The position numbers were made by a program, and so were the translations under genes. From positions 37,016,001 to 37,080,000 of the forward strand of contig NC_045697.1 of NCBI RefSeq assembly GCF_009834535.1: 64,000 nucleotides of DNA, in the 5' to 3' direction. This document shows positions 63,688 to 64,000 of the stretch, in pieces; position 1 is the first letter of the stretch; each line of letters begins with the position of its first letter. Below the pieces are notes generated by a model. That model was not told where the DNA came from and did no database searches. It saw only the letters and a program-made list of their open reading frames with translations. This DNA is from Camelus ferus (lineage: Eukaryota).

Positions 63688-64000
63688 GTCTGGAAGGGCC
63701 GTAGGAAGATGATGCCAGCTCGGCGAGGGGAGCCTGGCATCTTCTCCCAGGTCGTGGAGGGAAAAGCTGCCCTTTTAGGGGAGAAGTAGGGACCGTGGAT
63801 GTCCCGTGTCAGGGACAGCTCCGAACTCCGAGGCTCCAGTAGCTTCTTTGTCACCACCTGCTTCTCAGTCTGATACCTCTAGTTCTGGGAAGAGTGAAAT
63901 GATGCTTTTTGGTCTACATGACCTTAGACTGTTCTGGAGTGTTTTGGCCTTTTTGCTTAGCTTTCATTGTAGACCTCATACAGTGGCCCTTACCAGAAAG

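Overview
Mammalian genomic DNA, most likely a camelid (several camelid-type tRNA-derived SINEs and cetartiodactyl-type L1 3' ends). The right half holds the 5' part of PDGFRA on the + strand: promoter and CpG islands, non-coding exon 1 (~44365-44686) and coding exons 2-8 (54405-63687); the gene runs off the window. As written, exon 3 carries a +1 frameshift (~56253) that ends the protein after Ig domain 1, most likely an assembly error. The left half is repeat-rich upstream DNA dominated by a decayed class I (gamma-like/ERV1) provirus (3954-12725: LTR-gag-pro-pol-partial env-LTR, TTTT target-site duplication). It sits inside an older MLT1 LTR and itself contains a solo LTR, an L1 and a SINE. 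The most unusual signal is that its two LTRs aged differently: the 5' LTR is CpG-poor and truncated, while the 3' LTR is a small CpG island with YY1, NRF1, ETS and Sp1 motifs, facing PDGFRA. That makes it a candidate co-opted promoter/enhancer. Also seen: same-orientation CTCF motifs, a 5'UTR uORF, an intron-4 read-through matching a short human isoform, and a recent ~120-bp local duplication. Repeat family names and human comparisons come from recognition and memory, not database searches; repeat boundaries without TSDs are approximate.
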